Assembly: GCA_038870975.1 (NCBI GenBank)
Contig: JAVZJD010000001.1
Coordinates: 320,001 to 384,000, forward strand
Length of the DNA stretch: 64,000 bases
Source: Candidatus Bathyarchaeia archaeon
Lineage (GTDB): Archaea; Thermoproteota; CALKCG01; B24
Reading direction: 5' to 3'
The notes under the pieces were generated by a model. It worked only from the letters and a program-made list of their open reading frames with translations, made no database searches and was not told the origin of the DNA. Below are positions 61,743-64,000 of the stretch, one piece after another. Position 1 is the stretch's first letter, and every line of letters starts with the position of its first letter. The translations under genes were made by a program, and so were the position numbers.

Positions 61743-63056
61743 GTGGTAATAAGTTTAATGGTGGCTCTGGGTTTGGCTAAAGTCTACTTGGAAGTCTATG
61801 GATGTAGTGCTAATGTGGCTGATGCTGAGGTGATGCTTGGGCTACTTAGAAGTAGAGGCTATGAGATAGTTGATAGTCCAGAAAAAGCGGACGTCAACAT
61901 CGTAGCTACTTGCACCGTTAAAACACCCACCGAGCATAGGATGATTCACGTGATATCTAGCCTATCTAAACTTGAGAAGCCACTTGTAGTAGCGGGATGC
62001 ATGCCTCTAACAAGTAGAGAAGCTATAGAGCGTATAAACCCCAAGGCCTCTCTACTAGGTGCTAGAGCCGTTACACGAATAGTCGATGCTGTTGAAACAG
62101 CCCTACATGGAGGTAGATTCATTAAACTTATCGAGCCGGGGGATACTCCACTATGTAAACCCAGAGTTAGACTTAAACAGTTCATAGGTATAGTTCCAAT
62201 AGCTCAAGGATGCCTTGGAAATTGTAGCTTTTGTCAAGTTAAAATTGCAAGAGGCTCTCTTAGAAGCTATCCACCGGATTTAATCGTCGAAGAAGTCCGT
62301 AGAGCTTTAGAACACGGTTGTAAAGAAATATGGTTGACTTCTCAAGACAATGGATGCTACGGTATCGACCTAGGCTTGACGTTAGCAGACCTGCTTGAGA
62401 AAATCCTGAAGATAGAGAAGGACTTTAAAGTTAGAATCGGTATGATGAACCCAGTGCATCTACAAACCTTCATAGATAGAATTTTAGACCTGTACTCAGA
62501 CCATAGGGTTTTCAAATTCGCCCATATTCCAGTCCAGTCTGGAAGCGACAAAGTTTTGAATGATATGCGTAGAGGCTACACGGTTGTAGATGCTGAGTAT
62601 GTTATGAACAAGTTTAGGTCCAAGTATCCTGAGCTTTCACTTATGACAGACGTAATAGTTGGATATCCAACAGAATCTGAGGAAGATTTTGAGGCTACGC
62701 TTAACTTCATAAAGCGTGTAGAGCCTGATCATGTTAACGTTTCAAAATTCGGAGCTAGACCTAAGACTGAAGCCTACAAGCTTAGGCCTCTACCGCCCAT
62801 AGTTGTTAAGAAGCGCGTTCAAAGATTGAACGAGCTATGTCTCGACATATCCTATAAGCGCAATTTAAACTGGTTAAACTGGATCGGCGAAGTAATAGTT
62901 GAAGAACGAGGCTTAAAACCTGGAAGTTGGATAACTAGAAATTACGCTTATAAACCCATCGTTGTTTTATACGATGGAAATATTCTTGGCGAGAAGCTTA
63001 AAATTAGAATAGTTAAAGCTTATCGTAACTTTCTACAGGCAGATGTGCTGAATTAA
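61743..63056 (+). CDS. tRNA t6A37 methylthiotransferase (MtaB/CDKAL1-like)
   Basis: UPF0004 Cys motifs (GCSAN, TCTVK, AGC), CLGNCSFC and a TRAM-like C-terminus. The real start may be 61758 or 61773. Confidence 0.88.
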   Translation: MVISLMVALGLAKVYLEVYGCSANVADAEVMLGLLRSRGYEIVDSPEKADVNIVATCTVKTPTEHRMIHVISSLSKLEKPLVVAGCMPLTSREAIERINPKASLLGARAVTRIVDAVETALHGGRFIKLIEPGDTPLCKPRVRLKQFIGIVPIAQGCLGNCSFCQVKIARGSLRSYPPDLIVEEVRRALEHGCKEIWLTSQDNGCYGIDLGLTLADLLEKILKIEKDFKVRIGMMNPVHLQTFIDRILDLYSDHRVFKFAHIPVQSGSDKVLNDMRRGYTVVDAEYVMNKFRSKYPELSLMTDVIVGYPTESEEDFEATLNFIKRVEPDHVNVSKFGARPKTEAYKLRPLPPIVVKKRVQRLNELCLDISYKRNLNWLNWIGEVIVEERGLKPGSWITRNYAYKPIVVLYDGNILGEKLKIRIVKAYRNFLQADVLN

Positions 63057-63174
63057 CTCGTCAGATTTCAACACCCACTGCGTGCAGTGACAGACGCCCA
63101 TAGAATATGCCATCAAAAGATTGGAAAGCCTTCAAAGAAAACCTACAGGAGACATTACTAACGCACTAAAAACA

Positions 63175-63347
63175 TGGTGGGGCCGGCCGGATTTGAACCG
63201 GCGACCGACGGGTTTCACCAGCGCTCCAGAATTCTCATCATCCTCTTCCTGAGTCCTACCCCGGTCGCCATCCAGCTTCTGGAGCCCTTAACGAGCCCAA
63301 TCCTTGTGGATTAGGCTTGTCGTCCTGCCTGGCTAGACTACGGCCCC
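63175..63347 (-). tRNA. tRNA-Trp(CCA), CCA encoded, two introns: 31 nt at 28/29 (63288-63318) and 65 nt at 37/38 (63214-63278)
   Basis: Removing both introns gives GGGGCCG..GGAC-G-ACGGG-CT-CCA-GA-CCCGT-CGGTC-GCCGGTTCAAATCCGGC-CGGCCCC-ACCA. BHB-type motifs at both junctions. Confidence 0.93.
63214..63278 (-). ncRNA. intron-encoded C/D-box guide RNA
   Basis: C' ATGATGA. Guide TTCTGGAGC is complementary to GCTCCAGAA of the pre-tRNA, and N+5 from CTGG lands on C34. The C, D and D' boxes are degenerate. Confidence 0.8.
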
Positions 63348-63522
63348 ACCAGAATAGACTACGTATTTCTCGCCATTATAAATCTTACTTCCTCCTCTTT
63401 AAATATCTTAGAGTTTTCTATTTCCATAACGTATTCAAACCCTACTTCTATGGACGCCCATAGTTGCTTTTTTATTAGGTCTTGAAAAAGATGTGAAGAA
63501 CATCTGTTTATTCCAAAAGATA

Positions 63523-63780
63523 ATGGTGGATTTAGCGAAGAATGAAGGCTAGATAATTGACTACTGTCCTAATTGTAGAAAGCACGTAGGCTCTGATTTT
63601 GATAAATATAGAGGTAAAGAAGGGGGCCTCTATTATGCGAGAAGTTCAGAATGGTATTTACATTATTTGAACTGGCAGGAGCTGACAGCAGATGCCGTTC
63701 CCACTGGAGACGAGGACCTCCTATATCAAGCGTTGCTAGCATGTCTCTACATCCAGAATATGGATGCAGAATTCATGTAG
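63523..63780 (+). pseudogene. gene fragment with in-frame TAG; C-terminal part resembles the end of family-4 glycoside hydrolases
   Basis: MVDLAKNEG*IIDYCPNC...WQELTADAVPTGDEDLLYQALLA. Confidence 0.35.
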
Positions 63781-63906
63781 CGGTTTAAGACGTAGTGGCA
63801 AACCAGCTGAAGACATGATCTATTCTATACATTTTTAAATTCTTCAACTGTAGGATAGTAGATTTTTAACAGTTAAACATAAATAATTTTGAGTCTGTAT
63901 TAGTGT

Positions 63907-64000
63907 ATGGTGGAAATGTCAAAGGAAGTTGTTAAAGAGAAGTTTCCATGGTTGCTCGTAATATTAATACCGCTGTTATTGAGCTTAATAGGGCCTATAT
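63907..64000 (+). CDS. 5' end of a paralog of the OPT-like transporter (runs off the window)
   Basis: MSKEVVKEKFPWLLVILIPLLLSLIGPI aligns with MSKEVIEEKISLPLWIIVGLITLIFGFLGPL at 54255. Confidence 0.7.
   Translation, partial: MVEMSKEVVKEKFPWLLVILIPLLLSLIGPI

Noticed and set aside
63057-63120. Possible C/D sRNA on the minus strand (TTGATGG...CTGA) with a CACTGC/GCAGTG hairpin
   Set aside because: No C'/D' pair or terminal stem.
63550-63552. In-frame TAG as possible pyrrolysine read-through
   Set aside because: No methylamine methyltransferase context or pyl genes, and the surrounding sequence looks like a decayed fragment.

Overview
Archaeal chromosomal segment, TACK-like and most consistent with Bathyarchaeia. 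That assignment is inference from TFE+DUF2110, EF-1beta, aMBF1, aTrm56, Hjc, a non-canonical tRNA intron position, and repeated DegT, sugar-isomerase and OPT-like transporter genes. There are about 60 CDSs. Housekeeping genes (prs, ef1b, tfe, ppsA, hjc, ychF-like, argS, guaAB, AMP phosphorylase, MtaB-like, feoAB) are interleaved with many carbohydrate-type enzymes. Four tRNA genes lie on the minus strand: Val-GAC, Leu-CAA with one intron, Asp-GTC, and Trp-CCA with two introns. Features missing from the ORF track and read by hand: (1) a C/D-box guide in the tRNA-Trp 37/38 intron whose D guide fits Cm34 of its own tRNA, while its D' guide matches a different tRNA's T-arm; (2) a stand-alone C/D sRNA at 6883-6947; (3) aMBF1, which can only start at ATC; (4) a Zn-ribbon gene before ef1b; (5) decayed islands and att-like scars at tRNA 3' ends, including a truncated maf; (6) a DtxR-type operator in front of an unusual wHTH-His-rich-FeoA gene. 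No CRISPR array, rRNA or intact mobile element was seen. All protein calls come from recognised motifs; no database search was run.
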